A stretch of DNA of 64,000 bases from the human T2T-CHM13v2.0 reference genome, Homo sapiens. The DNA lies in assembly GCF_009914755.1 (NCBI RefSeq), contig NC_060929.1; one strand, given 5' to 3'. The stretch's first letter is position 1. Each line of letters opens with the position of its first letter. The translations under genes and the position numbers were made by a program. A model generated the notes under the pieces. It was not told the origin of the DNA. It ran no database searches and saw only the letters and a list, made by a program, of their open reading frames with translations. Positions 15,083 through 31,115 of this stretch are shown here, piece by piece.

Positions 15083-16617
15083 CTTTTTTTAAAATAAAGG
15101 TTTTTTTGATAAAGTGACACTTGAACAGAGACCTCTCTGAAGGAAGTCAGGGAGCCAGCCATGCAGTCGCTGGGGAAGGGCATCGCATGCAAAGGGAATG
15201 GCCGGTACAAAGGCCCTGAGATTTCTGTTTGCAGGGGTAGACCAGTGTGACTGGAGCAGAGTTAGCAGTATCGTAGGATGATTTGGGATTATACAGCTAC
15301 AGGGAAGGATGAGGGCAGGTTCCAAGTATGGAGAACAGCATTCTCGAAAGCCTCCAGCGATGACAAGTGCTTTCTGTTTTTCAAAGTATTTTACCTCATT
15401 TGATCCTCAGAACAATACTGTAAGGGTAAGAAGGATAGATTTCTTTTTCTATTGACTGCTGAGGACCGAAGCTCTAGAATGTCTAACAGTTCAGCCAGGA
15501 TCACATAGGAATATTCCGATTCAGAGGCAGAAATCTGTGGTCTGCACTATGCTTTCAGGTCAGATTAGAGGCTCATTCCTTTTGACACCATGCCATTGTG
15601 AGCTTCCAAAACAAGATCCGCTCTCAGGCAAGCCTCTGAATGGGTTACAAAGTTCAAAATGGAGCCAAGCACAAGAAGAGTTGCCAAGAGTGATACAGAA
15701 CGCTCTGTGGGGAGCTGGTGTGGAAAATCAGCACACCCAGCGCCTGTAGTAATTTAACCAATACAGCAGAAAAACGTAGCTTGCGTGTCTTTCGAAGAAA
15801 CCTTTACAGAAACCCTGAAAAGCTAGAATCCTCCCTGTGTCTGATCATAATTTAATATTTCTGGAATAAAATCCTTCTAGAATATATGTCCTTTAGAATT
15901 CCTCCAAGAAGCTTCCTATGGAGCTCCAGATAAAGAGGACAATCTAAAAGTTAATATGAAAGATTAAATTAAAAATGCCATCCAGAAAACAAGATTCCCC
16001 TGCAAGGGACGCATATAACAGATTTTGCAAATGTGTGGTAGATCTTACTCCTGCCATCAGCACCTACTGAATTCCCGATGCTATTGTTATCGTCATTTTC
16101 ACTACTTAGTTTCTAGTGGCCACAACATCAACTGAGAGTGACTTGATGGGCTGTCACCAAATTTGGAAGGAATGTTTGCAAACATTTGTATAAATGTAGG
16201 AAACAAAATTTACTTTGCAGGGCTCAGGTGGGAGTGCGTCCCAAATTGCGAGGGAGTCATCTTAGACACTGGAGGGGCTGCTGACCAAGAGAGGCCTGCC
16301 ATAGCTCTCAGGAAGCTGTAGAAAGTGAAGTACAGAGATAGATTCAAAATTTAAGTCCCATATTGCAAGTCACAAAGACAGATGCTCTGAATCACCAGCA
16401 CTGATTTTCGAGGGAGCTGGTTCTGACACGGGCTGCTCTGTGCACAGTCCAGAAATCTATGACTTCATCATGTTAATGAGACTGGCAGTCAACGCTGGGA
16501 CCACACCTCAAGTGGGCTTCTCCTGGAGCATTAGCTCCCACATGCCAAAGAGCGGGGAGCGTTTCCCTTTAGGCTTATGCGGCAGTTCTCAAGCCACTCG
16601 ATCTCAGGACCCCTTTA

Positions 16618-16983
<366 letters not shown>

Positions 16984-16994
16984 TTACGTGGTAG

Positions 16995-17145
16995 TTTACA
17001 TACTGGGTACAATTGTATACTGCTTGGGTGACGGTGCACTAAAATCTCAGACATCATCACTATACAGTTCATCCATGTAACCAAAAACCCTTGTTAGCCC
17101 AAAGTTATTGAAATAAAAATAAATAAACAATAAATAATAAATAAA
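16995..17145 (+). mobile_element. Short 5'-truncated L1 (L1P-type 3' end) with A-rich tail
   Basis: gggtgacggtgcactaaaatctcagac...catccatgtaaccaaaaac; TSD aaatatttacgtggta/aaatatttatgtggta. Confidence 0.8.
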
Positions 17146-17180
17146 TATTTATGTGGTAATTTATTTAAAAATAACAATAA

Positions 17181-17471
<291 letters not shown>

Positions 17472-20299
17472 TGATATCATAAGGATGCAGCCTCTGGAAA
17501 ATGCCACTGAGCACTCGGGAGAGCATGAGAGCAATACGGTAAATGTGTTCTTGGTAACTATCATGAAAAATATTTTGACCTCATGGACCATGTACAAGGG
17601 TTATGAGACCGTCCCGACAGGGATCCCCAGACCACTCCATGAAAACCTTAGTATAATGGTGGAAGCCAAATTGTTGGGGACTTTGGGCATATTGTTAAAC
17701 CTCTTCATGCCTCAATTTTCTTGCCTATAAAATGTAGATAGTAATAACTGTCCTCATAAGGCTCTTGTGACAATAAAATGACTTAATATGGGTAAAGTGC
17801 CTGACACATAGTAACAGCTCAATAAATGCTGGCTAGTATTATGAACCGCTCAAGAGCCAAGTCCATGGGTTCATTGTTCCCCCAAAGCAGAGAATGGGGA
17901 AGGCGTGCAGGAATCTTTCAGGAATAAGTGCAGGCACATGTGAACAACTCTCTCAGTGAGAGGACTTTCCTAGGACAGGGAAAAGTCTTTTTTTTTTTTT
18001 TTTTTTTGCCCCTATTAAATAAGCTAAACAGATCAGAGAGGCCATGTGACTCATCAAAGTCACTCAGCGGGTCCTGTGTGTAGCTGCTGTAGCTGAGAAT
18101 GGCCCTCCCGCACCTCCCCACCCCACACTACCCTCTGCATCCAAACTCATCCGAGCACACTAGGGATGGAGGTCCTGGAGCATCGATTTTGTCCTGTTGT
18201 GGAACATACCTCATGTGCAGTCTCAGGGGCCAAACGAGGTCTACAGAACGCTGTAGCTTAAGACATCCAAGCTCTCTCCTCCCTCTGTCATGCCATCTAG
18301 AACACACTTCTAAATTGTAATTACATACTAACTTATGTGATTACTCACTGACTTCCCCTCCTTAGTCCTGGGACCCTCTCAGTCTTTTTGGTTTCAATGG
18401 CTGTCATGTCAGGGATGTGGCAGAAACTCTATCAATATTTAGATGTCTGTTTTAGGAAAGAAGGAAGAAATAAAACCATGTGTTTTCATTGATGAAAAGA
18501 AAGCAAGCAACAGACAGCTGAATGTTTTCTGTAGATAATTAGGTGTTTGAGATAGTGCAGAAAGGAGGAGAGTACGGTAAAATGTTAAAACAGAAAATCA
18601 ACCAAGAGTTAAGGTGTTTGTCTACCAAGAGTGCTGGTTCTGCTTAGTTTTAGAAACAATAACAACAATGATAAGGACAAGAAGGGCTCACGGTTACTGA
18701 CAGCTTACCGTGGGCCTGGCATGGCGCTAAGCATTCTGCATGTATCGTCTCACTGAACGCTCCTTATCTGCTGTGATGTTATTTCCATTTTACACAGTGC
18801 TTGAATGACTCCAGAAGTCCCACAGCCAGTGAGTAACACAGTGCATCATGGAGGTGGGTCATCCTTGGAAGGCCTGGGGCATGGAATACAAGCTGGAGAA
18901 GGTGGAAGGAGGCTGGGATGAGATGGTGGCAGGTTGAGGTGCCAGGCAGAAGAGTAGGCCTGAGTGCAGGTGCTAGAAGTTCAGCGTTTCTGGGGCTGGG
19001 CACAGGTGAGCAAGATAAAATGCTGCTGATTTCTTAATTGTGGCACCAGACACTGACTGGGGCACCAGGCACAGAGCTGGAGCACACCATATTTTATAAA
19101 AAGAAATACTAAGGCTCAGAGGGAGAAAAGGCCTTGCCCAAGGTCACCCAACAAGTTAGAGCCCAGCCCAGTCTTGCTCCCAGTCCAGGGATTTTGGCAC
19201 TGCAACAAGTGCCCCTCTTCTGACTAACAGACTCACACGCTTCCCCCATGGCAGGCTCCCCTGGTCCCTGGCTCCCTGCAGAGAGGATGGCGTGGGAAGG
19301 GAGCAAAGCAGCAGGCTTCATTCCAGGATTCCCCTCCCAGGGCAGGAAGGAGAGGGCTGTGGGGCATGACCAGGCCTGCTGTGGCTGACTAGGGGTTCTC
19401 CACCAGCCCCCCAAACCCAGAACAAAGCAAGGTTAATGAGAGCAAATTACAAAGGCTCTGAAAATGGAAGGGACCCTTTGAAGGCTGCAAGGGTGAGAGC
19501 TGGGGTGGGACCAGCCTGCTGTCTCTGTCCTCTTGTGCAATGCGCTTCCCCCGGGAACAAGCTGGCACAGGACGGTGCTCACAGAAACATCCATCCCTGT
19601 GGTCATTGCTGGAACTCTGGTTGGGCTTCTACTCTGAATTTTTCTACATTCCAATTGCCAGAAAAATGAAGATTTCTGATTGCAGACAGCTCAGCAGAGT
19701 TCCCCAGCCATTCCAAGACTTGGGGCTTAAAGGAGATTTGCGGGGAGGAGCTCCACCACACCCAGAACCTCTGGAGAACAGATTAAGGCTCTGAGCATCG
19801 CTGTTGATCATCTCTGCATTGGTTCACTTTTCTCTTTGTGGTGAGGGGTGGATATAGTAATATGCACTGACATGTATGATTAAGTTCTTAGTCTGATACT
19901 AGCACAGTGCTAAGGGGCTATACACCTTAACTCTGACAATAAGCCTATGAGATGGGAATCATCAAATTACCCCTTTGGGTGGCTTAGAGCAGTGGTTATC
20001 AAAGTGCCTTCTTGGACTAGCAACATGAGCATCACTTGGAAATGTGTTAGAAATGCAAATTCCCAGGTGCTATTGCCTTAGAGAGCATAAGAATCTCCCC
20101 CAAGTTGCATAGCAGCAAGTGGCAGCCCAGGACTGCCCCAGGACCCACACTTCTGCCCACTAGTCACTGCTGCCTGTGTCTGTGGGCCCTGTCTCCCTTT
20201 CACAGGGGTGGGTGAGTGATCATGGGCTGAGAGAGGCTGAAAGGAATACAAAAGAACAGCACATTCACTACCATACTCTTTGTAATTAGAAAAGACTGG

Positions 20300-20430
20300 G
20301 GCCCGGCACAGTGGTTCATGCCTATAATCCCAGCACTTTGGGAGGCCAAGGCAGGAGGATCACTTGAGCCCAGGAGTTCAAGACCAACCTAAGCAACATA
20401 GCCAGACCCTATCTCAATAAAAATTAAAAA
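20300..20430 (+). mobile_element. Alu left monomer (FLAM-like)
   Basis: Single arm with TSD agaaaagactgg/agaaaagattgg. Confidence 0.85.
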
Positions 20431-21567
20431 AGAAAAGATTGGAAACAGCCTAAACCAGCCCTAGGCTGGTTAAATAAACTATGGGGTGTTCATGTAATGC
20501 AACAACTTTTTACAGAAAAAGAGTAGGAAAGCTTTTTATAGATACTATGAAATGGTCTCTACAATGGAGTATTAAGTAGCAGAAAGCAAAGTGTAGAACA
20601 CTGAATATAGGAAACTACCATTTGTATAAAAAAAGAGACAATACGTAAACAAATTTGTTTATATGCAAATACACACACACACTGAAAGACAATTCAAAGA
20701 ATTGGCACACAGAGACTTCCTAGAGTTGACTGTGCAGAGGGATGTGAGGAGGACCTCTCATATGTGCCTTGGTACCTTTTGCATGAGTTACCTACTCAAA
20801 TGATAAATAGAGTACGATTCAAAAGAAGAAGAAGAAAGAAGAAGGGAGAGGAGGACCAGCCTGAGGGCTTAAAAATGCCAGACATTGGGCTGAATTCTTA
20901 CATGCATCATCTCCTTTAATCTCCTCAACAACCCCTAGAGTTGATTACTATTATTAGTCCCATTTTGTTGACATGGAAACAGAGGCACAGAGAGGCTAAG
21001 TGACTTTCCTTGAGTACAGAGCTATTGAGTGGAAGAGCTGGGATTTGAACCAACATATGTGTGACTCCAGAGCCCAAGCTGTAAATCACTGTATTACTTT
21101 ATATGTGTGAGTTAATTTCATCCTACCAACTCTCTTTGAAAGAAGTGATGGTTTTCCCCTTTATAAATAAGAAAATAGAGGCCCAAAGGGGTTATGTGGC
21201 TTGGCCAAGGTCACATTGCTGAAGCATGACCAACCAGGAAGAGAATCCCTAGAAAGGATGTACAATTGCTGGGGTCTGTAGCTGCAAGTTCTCACTAGAA
21301 GAGAACCCTTCTCAATAGGATAGAGGGGAAAGGCTGTTGTCCTGTGTAAAGGCAGGGACCATCATGTCAGCTGATTGCCCAGTTTCTGGCATAGCATCTG
21401 GTACATGCTGAGCACCTGAAAACTTTGGAAGGAAGAGAGGGAATGAGGAAAGGCAATGCTGACCAGTGGCCACCCCTGGAAGGAACTCTGTAAGTCAGCT
21501 AGGCCAGATGGACAAACTGCAGCCTAGAGATGGGGAGGGGCTAACTTAAACTGGTCGAGTAAGGAGG

Positions 21568-21908
<341 letters not shown>

Positions 21909-21959
21909 TGAAGAGAGTGGACACAAGGGCAGATAATATTTTTTAATGACCTACTTACA

Positions 21960-22253
<294 letters not shown>

Positions 22254-22629
22254 TGACCTATTTACCTTGGGAAATTTTCGTGATTTCCTTCTGTCTCCCT
22301 AACAGAGATGGAATGGGACAGGAACTGGCCAATTTTGATTGGAATGAGAAGAAATATCCATCCCAAGGTTAAATTCAGTGGGGAGGAGGGTCTTTCAGCA
22401 GCTGTTGAGGTAACAGGGAGGCAGTGGATATAAGAAGGCAGCTGAGATATAAAGGAGAGGCCAGTGGATTCGAAATCAGGGGATCTGGGTTCTAGTCTCA
22501 GCTCTGCTTTGTACTAGCTGGGTTATGTGAGCAAGTCACTTCCCCTCCCTGACCCTTACTGTCTTCATCTATAAATAGCAGAGTTATCGTGGGACACAAA
22601 TAAGAATACAGAAAGCATGCATAAAGTAT

Positions 22630-22971
<342 letters not shown>

Positions 22972-25327
22972 TTATTAAGGACACACAACAACAGTACTGG
23001 TGACAAACTGCGCTGAACGACTTGCCTGTCGCATCAGCCATTCTCTTGATTCCAAATGTAGTGCGGAGCTGAGTCCATGCCGGTCTCCTCCACTTGTTGA
23101 AGGGGAATTAACTGTCTGGGCTCCCTATGAGGCTTTTGCTGACCTTCCTTCCCCCAGGGCAGCACTTACCATGTTCCTTGCTTAGGTGTCTGCCTCTCTC
23201 ACTGACAGCTAATTGAGGGCAGAGACCATGCAGTGTTCCTCACTTAATTCTTAAACCAAGGACACAGTGGGAGAGATGGAGGGAAGGAAGGAGACATGGA
23301 TGCATGGATGGATAATGGACAGTTGAATATTTTCAGCATCCAGAGGAAAGATAATTCTGATGCTGGTAAGTTAACACTTCTTAGAGAAAATCTATTTGGA
23401 CTGAGACTTAAAAGAGTAGGTAAGGTTTCAGTAGGGTGAGATCGAGAGGTTAGAGAGGAGGAAGGTGGTTGGGTAGGTGAGAACAGCCTGAGCTCAGGCA
23501 CAGGGCAGGAAAGCTCAAGGCATCGGGCAGTCATGGGCAGTGGTCTGGGGTCGACGGATCGGAAAGAGGGCTGTGGCCCGCTGCCGCTGGAAAGGCAGGT
23601 TTGAGCCAGGTTGTGGCAGGCCTTGAAAATTGAGCAAAGTGTCTGGACTCCTCCATCCTGCAGGCAACAGGGCGCCACAGAAAGTTTTGTAAGAGAGAAG
23701 TGACCTGTTCTGCCCTGTGCTCGCTGGCGGCGTGTGGAAGGGCGGGCACCGGGCCAAGGCCAGCTCGGGGAGGAGGTCTCACCACTTGCTGCTCTCTGCC
23801 GGGCTCTCCTGAAGAGCTGCTCAGGATCAGGGCGAGATGTGGGAGGCTGTGGATCCTCCTGCAGGGAAGGCTTCCCCTTCAGAAATGGCTGGATTGGACA
23901 GCAAGCCTTCCAGGCCTGCCTGCTGGGCATAGACCCATGAGGCCAGACTTACCCTCCGCATTCCCCAGAGCACCCTCAGCAGCACTGCCCCAGTTGCCAG
24001 GAAGTGCCTTAGCTCTGGGTTAAAGTCCCGGCTCTTCCACGGACCCTGGGGTTTGGACTAGTCCCTGTGCCTCTCTCGCAGCCCCTGTGTTTCACAACTT
24101 CAGGAAGTCCCATTCACACGGGAGACAATGAAACAATGTGCCCAGACTTGTGCAACCCAGCGGTCCTGCTTCTAATAGCAATTTCCTTGGCTGTACCGAA
24201 AGGAGGACGAAGGTTGGTGTGGATCACCTCTGCAGGCCACTCCAAGTCTCAATTTATAGCAGTCTGAGCAAAATGATGGGCTTTGGTAGGAGGTAGGGGG
24301 CCAGGGCCTTTGTCCAGTGCCAGAGACAGTGGTAGAGAAGGTCTAGGGGCTGGAGGATGGCCAAACCCCCAAAGCAACCGTGACTCCCTCCTCCCAGGGT
24401 GAGACCTGGATTTGTGTCTCTGACCCATCCCTACTCAGTTTTGCAACCATGTAGAATCTCACCCCTCTAGCCAGGTTTTCCATGAATGAACCAGGGAAAA
24501 GAAAAAATACCCCTCCTAGGGCGATAGTGAGCATTAAAAGAGCTTATGCATGTCAGGCACTTAGCAGGGTGCCTACACCAAAACTGCAGCTCAGGAAACT
24601 TTAGATCCACCAGGATTTTTGTTTTCTTTTGTAAAACAACTTAAATGTATCTGCTTCTGGGCATTCTTACCTTGACCTACCTCAAGATCACAATAAAGCC
24701 CTCCAGGGATGGCCCCAGAGCAGAATTCGCTATTTGCTGAAAGCTCGAAAGGGGTTCTGGGGTGTGCGAAAACGGAGAGCAGGACACCTCTCTTCCCACA
24801 AACAGAATGACCCCAACCTTCCGATGAACCCGTTCTTCTAGAGGTGGACATGGCAACCCGAGGAATCTGGCCAAAGTTTCAGTTATAGAAATGAAGCTGT
24901 GATTATTAAATTTCAGGTAGGATATGGTTTATCTTCCTGGCCCCTGGAGTCAGGCTCTGTGGGTGGCATATACAGCACCTGGTTGCTGCACTAGCCCCAG
25001 CCCAACTTTCCATGGAAGGATGAGAAGAAGCCAGCAGGGAAGACTACTCAGGGCCTGGGTGTTTCCAGCTGTCACCAGGAAGCATCTTGCAGAGGAATGG
25101 AGTTAAGCTCTGCCCCGCCCTGCCCTGCCCAGGCTGCTGGGATGGAAGGAAGGGCCAGGTGTGTGCCCTAGAGAGAGGGGAGAGCCCCATCTGAACTCTG
25201 GAGATTGTTAGAGTATGGAAACCAGCAAGCAAAATCCACTAGGTATGGCTCCTCAGAGTTGTATGTATTTTCAAATTTTATGTGTTTTTTACATAACTAG
25301 AAAAAATAACATTATATATTAAAAAAC

Positions 25328-25711
<384 letters not shown>

Positions 25712-26234
25712 TCACTCTCTCTGGGCCTCAGTTTCCCCAGCTGTACAGTAAGTATGGATTCCTTCTTGTTCTAACAAACTGTACCTGTCAAATGGATGCC
25801 ATCATTAGGGTGGTGAGATTATAGATGCCTTTGCCATTTACTTTTTATTTTCTATTTTCCACACTTCTTAAAAATGTCCTAGTTCTTTTTAAAGTACAGT
25901 GTAATGGTAATTTGGCCACAACTTTTATTGTGATGAAGGAAAGAAGGAAGAGAAGGAAGGAGGGAAGAAAGAAGAATTTTTTTTATTTGTTAGAAAGGCA
26001 GCCACTGAAAAATCATCTCTCCTCCTGCCCAGCAGGAAGCAAACCCCATAATCCAGGTAATTTGATAAATATGGGAACATAGAGGGACCCTACACTTCAG
26101 TCACCCAATGGGTCACCTGTGTAATTCTGTCATTCCAAAAGCCCAGAGCCTTAGAATTCTAGAAAGCCAGAGCTGATCAGCCTTACAAAGATCATGTGGT
26201 GTCCAGTTGCCTCCCCTACATAGTAAAGTCTTAG

Positions 26235-26687
26235 TGAGAGGTGAAGCCAGCTGGACTTCCTGGGTCCGGTGGGGACTTGGAGAACTTTTCTGTCTTACAA
26301 GAGTCTTATAAAATGCACCAATCAGTGCTCTGTAAAAACGTACCAATCGGTGCTCTGCAGCTAGCTAGAGGTTTGTAAAATGCACCAATCAGTGCTCTGT
26401 AGCTAGCTTGAGGTTTGTAAAATGGAGCAATCAGCAGGACATGGGCAGGGACAAATAAGGGAATAAAAGCTGGCCACCCCCTCAGCCAGCAGTGGCAACC
26501 CGCTGGGGGTCCCCTTCCATGCTGTAGAAGCTTTGTTCTTTTGCTCTTCACAATAAATCTTGCTGCTGCTCACTTTTTGGGTCCATGCCACCTTTAAGAG
26601 CTGTAACACTCACCCCAAAGGTCCGTGGCTTCATTCTTGAAGTCAGCGAGACCACGAACCCACCAGAAGGAACCAACTCCAGACACA
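26235..26687 (+). mobile_element. Solo LTR of the ERV9/LTR12 family (short LTR12/LTR12F-like)
   Basis: TGAGAGGTGAAGCCAGCTGG...AACTCCAGACACA; TG...CA termini; perfect 4-bp TSD TTAG (26231-26234 and 26688-26691); tandem ACCAATC repeats. Confidence 0.92.
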
Positions 26688-28209
26688 TTAGGACCAAAGA
26701 GAAAAGCAGGTGCCTAAGATCACGCAGCTCACCAGAAATAGAGTGGACACATCCAAAACCCAGGAAGGTCTCACATGCCATTGTAGTCTGTGACTTTATA
26801 TCTTACCATAACTTCAAATTTATTTTTAAAAATAAAAAAGTACAGAAAACTCCCACAAATCCTTGACCCAGATTCACCATTTGTTTATATTTTGCCTTAT
26901 TTTATTTATCATTCTCTTTCCTACAGACACACACACACAAACACACACACGCACACATGCACAGGCATGAACTATTTGGAAGTAAGTAAAAGATAGCATC
27001 TCTCAAAGCTTCAGGGTGTGTTTCCCAAAGTAAGAACATTCCCTTACACAATCACAGTACAACGATCAAAATCAGGAAATTTAACTTTGATACAATCCAC
27101 TGTTTAATCCACAGTCCATATTCAAATTTCCTCCGTTGTCCCAGTAATTGACTATCTCCCACCCCACCTCAGAACTGGCGATTTTTTGCACTCATCACTC
27201 CTGTGCCCAGGAACCTGCTTGCCTCTGGGGGAAACATGAATAAGGCTTTTAATCCTTCTTCTTCTACCCTCCCATCCTCTGAGTGCTCCTGTCCACTGCC
27301 CTCCCCACTCCAGCATACCAAGACAAGACAGAACGGGGGGTGCCGCTGCGAGGAGCACTCGAGCCTGACCTGAGAGTGCAGGAGGACCCCTGAGACTATG
27401 CCAGGTGGATAGGTGCATGAAAAGCACAGAGGGCACACTCACCAGCCCTCAGTAATGCCCACCAGCCTTCCCTGGCCTCTAGGATCAAGAGGGGTGCAGG
27501 ACACTGACTAGGTCAAGGAGCTTACATTCTATCTAGTTCCAGAGACAAAACCCACTCCCATGAAAAATCCACACACCCCCAGATATGTTTCAACTGTGAG
27601 GGATCCATGTCTGGGAAGGGGCAAGAAGGTACTTTCTGGAGTGCTAGAAATATGCTGTATCTGAGAGGTGGTTGCGTGGAGGCATATACATGCGAACATT
27701 TAACCAGCCGCGCTCGAAAAACGTCTTCCCTTCACTCTATATATATCTCAGTAAACAATTAAAGCTATACATGTGTGTAGTCAACAATCCCAAGGTGGAA
27801 CATGGTGCAGTGGAGAAAGGCTGTGAGCTCCAGAGGAAGAGACAGGACAGCTTCTAGTTTTTTCCACCTGTCTGAAGTAGTTCCTGCCTGCCACTTGGTA
27901 GACACCAAATAAATACTGTTGAATAATCAAATAAATTAATTTGATGCTGTGACTATATTTCTTAACATGGAAACCTGTCAATGATATCTTTCCAAGTGCA
28001 ATAAACAGGCTGTAGAAGAGCATGTGAGAATTATCTCATTTTTGTAAATATTTATGTTCATAGTTTTTGTGTATCTAGTCTGGAAGAACACACCAAAATC
28101 CTAATGAAAGTTATGTTGGGTGAAAAGATAAAGACAATATATTTTCATTCTTTTTTTCTTCTTTGTACTTAAATTTTTTTCTAGCAAGTTAAACTGGGTG
28201 AAAAAGCAA

Positions 28210-28340
28210 ATATATATATCTATATAGATATATATAGATATATCTATATCTATATATATATCTATATAGATATATATAGATATATCTATATCTATATATA
28301 TATCTATATCTATATAGATATAGATATAGATATCTATCTC
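28210..28340. repeat. AT-rich (TA/TAGA/TATC) self-complementary microsatellite
   Basis: 40-42 nt unit tatatatatctatatagatatatatagatatatctatatc, repeated. Confidence 0.93.
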
Positions 28341-29019
28341 AGTAAATCACTCCAGGGCAACAAAGTAGGGTCCAGAGCACATCGGCGCCAATTTGTGAAT
28401 CTCTAAAAGGGGGTTATAGTATGTAATGTGTCTCAAGCTTACCTGACCAGAGACCCTTTGGGGAACTGCTGCTCTAAAGAGAACTGCATAAAAGGAGTTG
28501 GGTCTCTGATAATTGCATGAAATCATCACAGCAAATCACAACTACTTACATCCAAACTTCTCTTATACACAAGAAAAGCAAACCTTCTGTGTAAGTTAAG
28601 GTGATTTGGCTCTTCTGCCATGCAGTTGAACTGAATTCTAGCTGGTACCAGAGCTTCGCACAGTGCCGCACATTTAGAAAGTGGTCAAGAAATGCTAACT
28701 GCTGTTGTTTGCAGCAATCTAACAGGATGCCAGGACCTGGAGAGGCTGTTTTCCCAAGCCTTTGTCTGAGATGGGATTCCTGAGGTGGTTACTGAGCCTG
28801 AGGTGGTTACTGAACCAATGCCTCCTCTGCTCTCTAAGCTCCGGTAGAACAAGTTAGGGACAGAGTCATGCTCTGGGGCTGGAAGCTTAAAACCTGGAAG
28901 ATATCCCAGGCAGGGCATGTCAGAACCCAAATGCATATGGACTTGATAGAGCCTGGAGAGTGACTGAAATCACAGCTGCCCAACTTATATGCGGAAGTCT
29001 CCTACCGAGGGAAGAAAAC

Positions 29020-29290
29020 CACAGATTCTCAGAGCCAGAAGGAAACTGCAAAGGTAATCACTCCAATCTCCAATTTAATGTCTGTTCTCTCCGTGGCTTC
29101 CCCTCTAAGTGGCCCTCCACCTGTACTGAGAACCTCCAGGGTTGGATGCTCACCACTCCCCCAGGCAGCCTGTTCTGTCTTCACATAGCTCTAGAGAAAG
29201 CTTTTTCTTTATGTTGAACTATGACTTCCACCCTTTGACCTTGGCTCTGCCTTCCAGGAGCACACAAAGCAAATCACACCCTCAAAAATC
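29020..29290. mobile_element. L3/CR1 LINE fragment
   Basis: cctccagggttggatgctcaccactcccccaggcagcctgttc resembles the L3/CR1 3' region. Confidence 0.55.
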
Positions 29291-29569
29291 TTTTATGAGA
29301 TTTTTCTCCTTAATCAAAATAATCATAATGATAGCTACCATTAATGAGGTCTTTACTGTGTTCTAGACACCATGCTAGACACTTTACATGCCTGATCTCA
29401 TTTAATTTTCACAACGGTCCCATGACATAGTGTTTTCAATTGGCCCCATTTTACAGATGAGGAGTCTGAGTCTTAGGTGAGACGAAGAACCTTACCCAAG
29501 ATTGCTCAGCTAGTAAGTGGCAGAACTGAAATACAGAAGCCAGATTTTTCATGTTCTAAACTACTGATG

Positions 29570-29740
29570 AGCCAGGCATGATGGTGCGCACCTGTAGTCC
29601 CAGCTACTCAGAATGCTAAGGAGAGAGGATCCCTTGACCCCAGGAGTTCAAGACTATAGTGAGCTTTGACTACCTGTGAAAAGCCACTGCGTTCCAGCCT
29701 GGGCAACAGAGTAAGACTCTGTCTCTAAAAATAAAAATAT
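29570..29740 (+). mobile_element. Alu monomer (FRAM/FAM-like) next to a MIR (~29330-29560)
   Basis: agccaggcatgatggtgcgcacctgtagtcccagctac. Confidence 0.8.
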
Positions 29741-30337
29741 AATTCCTGAGCTTCACCACTGCACTCTGCTACCTCCTGTGCACACCCACCCACACATGCA
29801 CACACACGCACACCCCATCAAGTCTTCTCCAGCAGTATGCACACTGACAACTCTGCAATGTCGCAATAGAAATTCTCACATGGTTCTGAAGGACCTAGAA
29901 CTTTTAAGCGATTCTGCCAACTTCTCCTCTGGTTTGCACACCTCTCTCCTGCCATCAGCACCTCCTAATGCAGCCCTTGGTTTGAGCTCCTTACATTGCT
30001 CTTGGAATATTGCCACTGCGGGGCATATGGGCTGTTTCCATTTGTCCAGCAGGCCTTCTCCTCCTCATTCCAACTGATTCTGAGGGGCCCATCATCGCAT
30101 TGTCTCCACCCAAACCACCACTGCAGGTATGTAACCTGGGCTGGGCTGGCTCTCTTCCTCCCATTTTGGCACCAGTGATCTGTACCACAAGAGACAGTTC
30201 CTTGGACCAGCTGTGGCCAAAGAGAATCTTTCTCTGGGAATCCTGTGGGGACTTAGAGAGAAAGAAACATCCTCCACCCCCACGGACTACTAGATTAGTA
30301 AATGAGAAGATGTAAACCTGGAGCGGTAAGGCCCTTA

Positions 30338-31115
<778 letters not shown>

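Noticed and set aside
23658-23680. Possible CTCF motif gcaggcaacagggcgccac
   Set aside because: Only the 3' GGCGC part matches; the CCASYAGRKG core does not align
23244-23930. 228-aa minus-strand ORF
   Set aside because: No recognisable domain; a stop-poor GC-rich stretch over L2-like sequence
26310-26435. Regularly spaced direct repeats superficially like a CRISPR array
   Set aside because: These are the tandem CCAAT enhancer repeats of LTR12; there are no unique spacers or cas genes, and the context is eukaryotic
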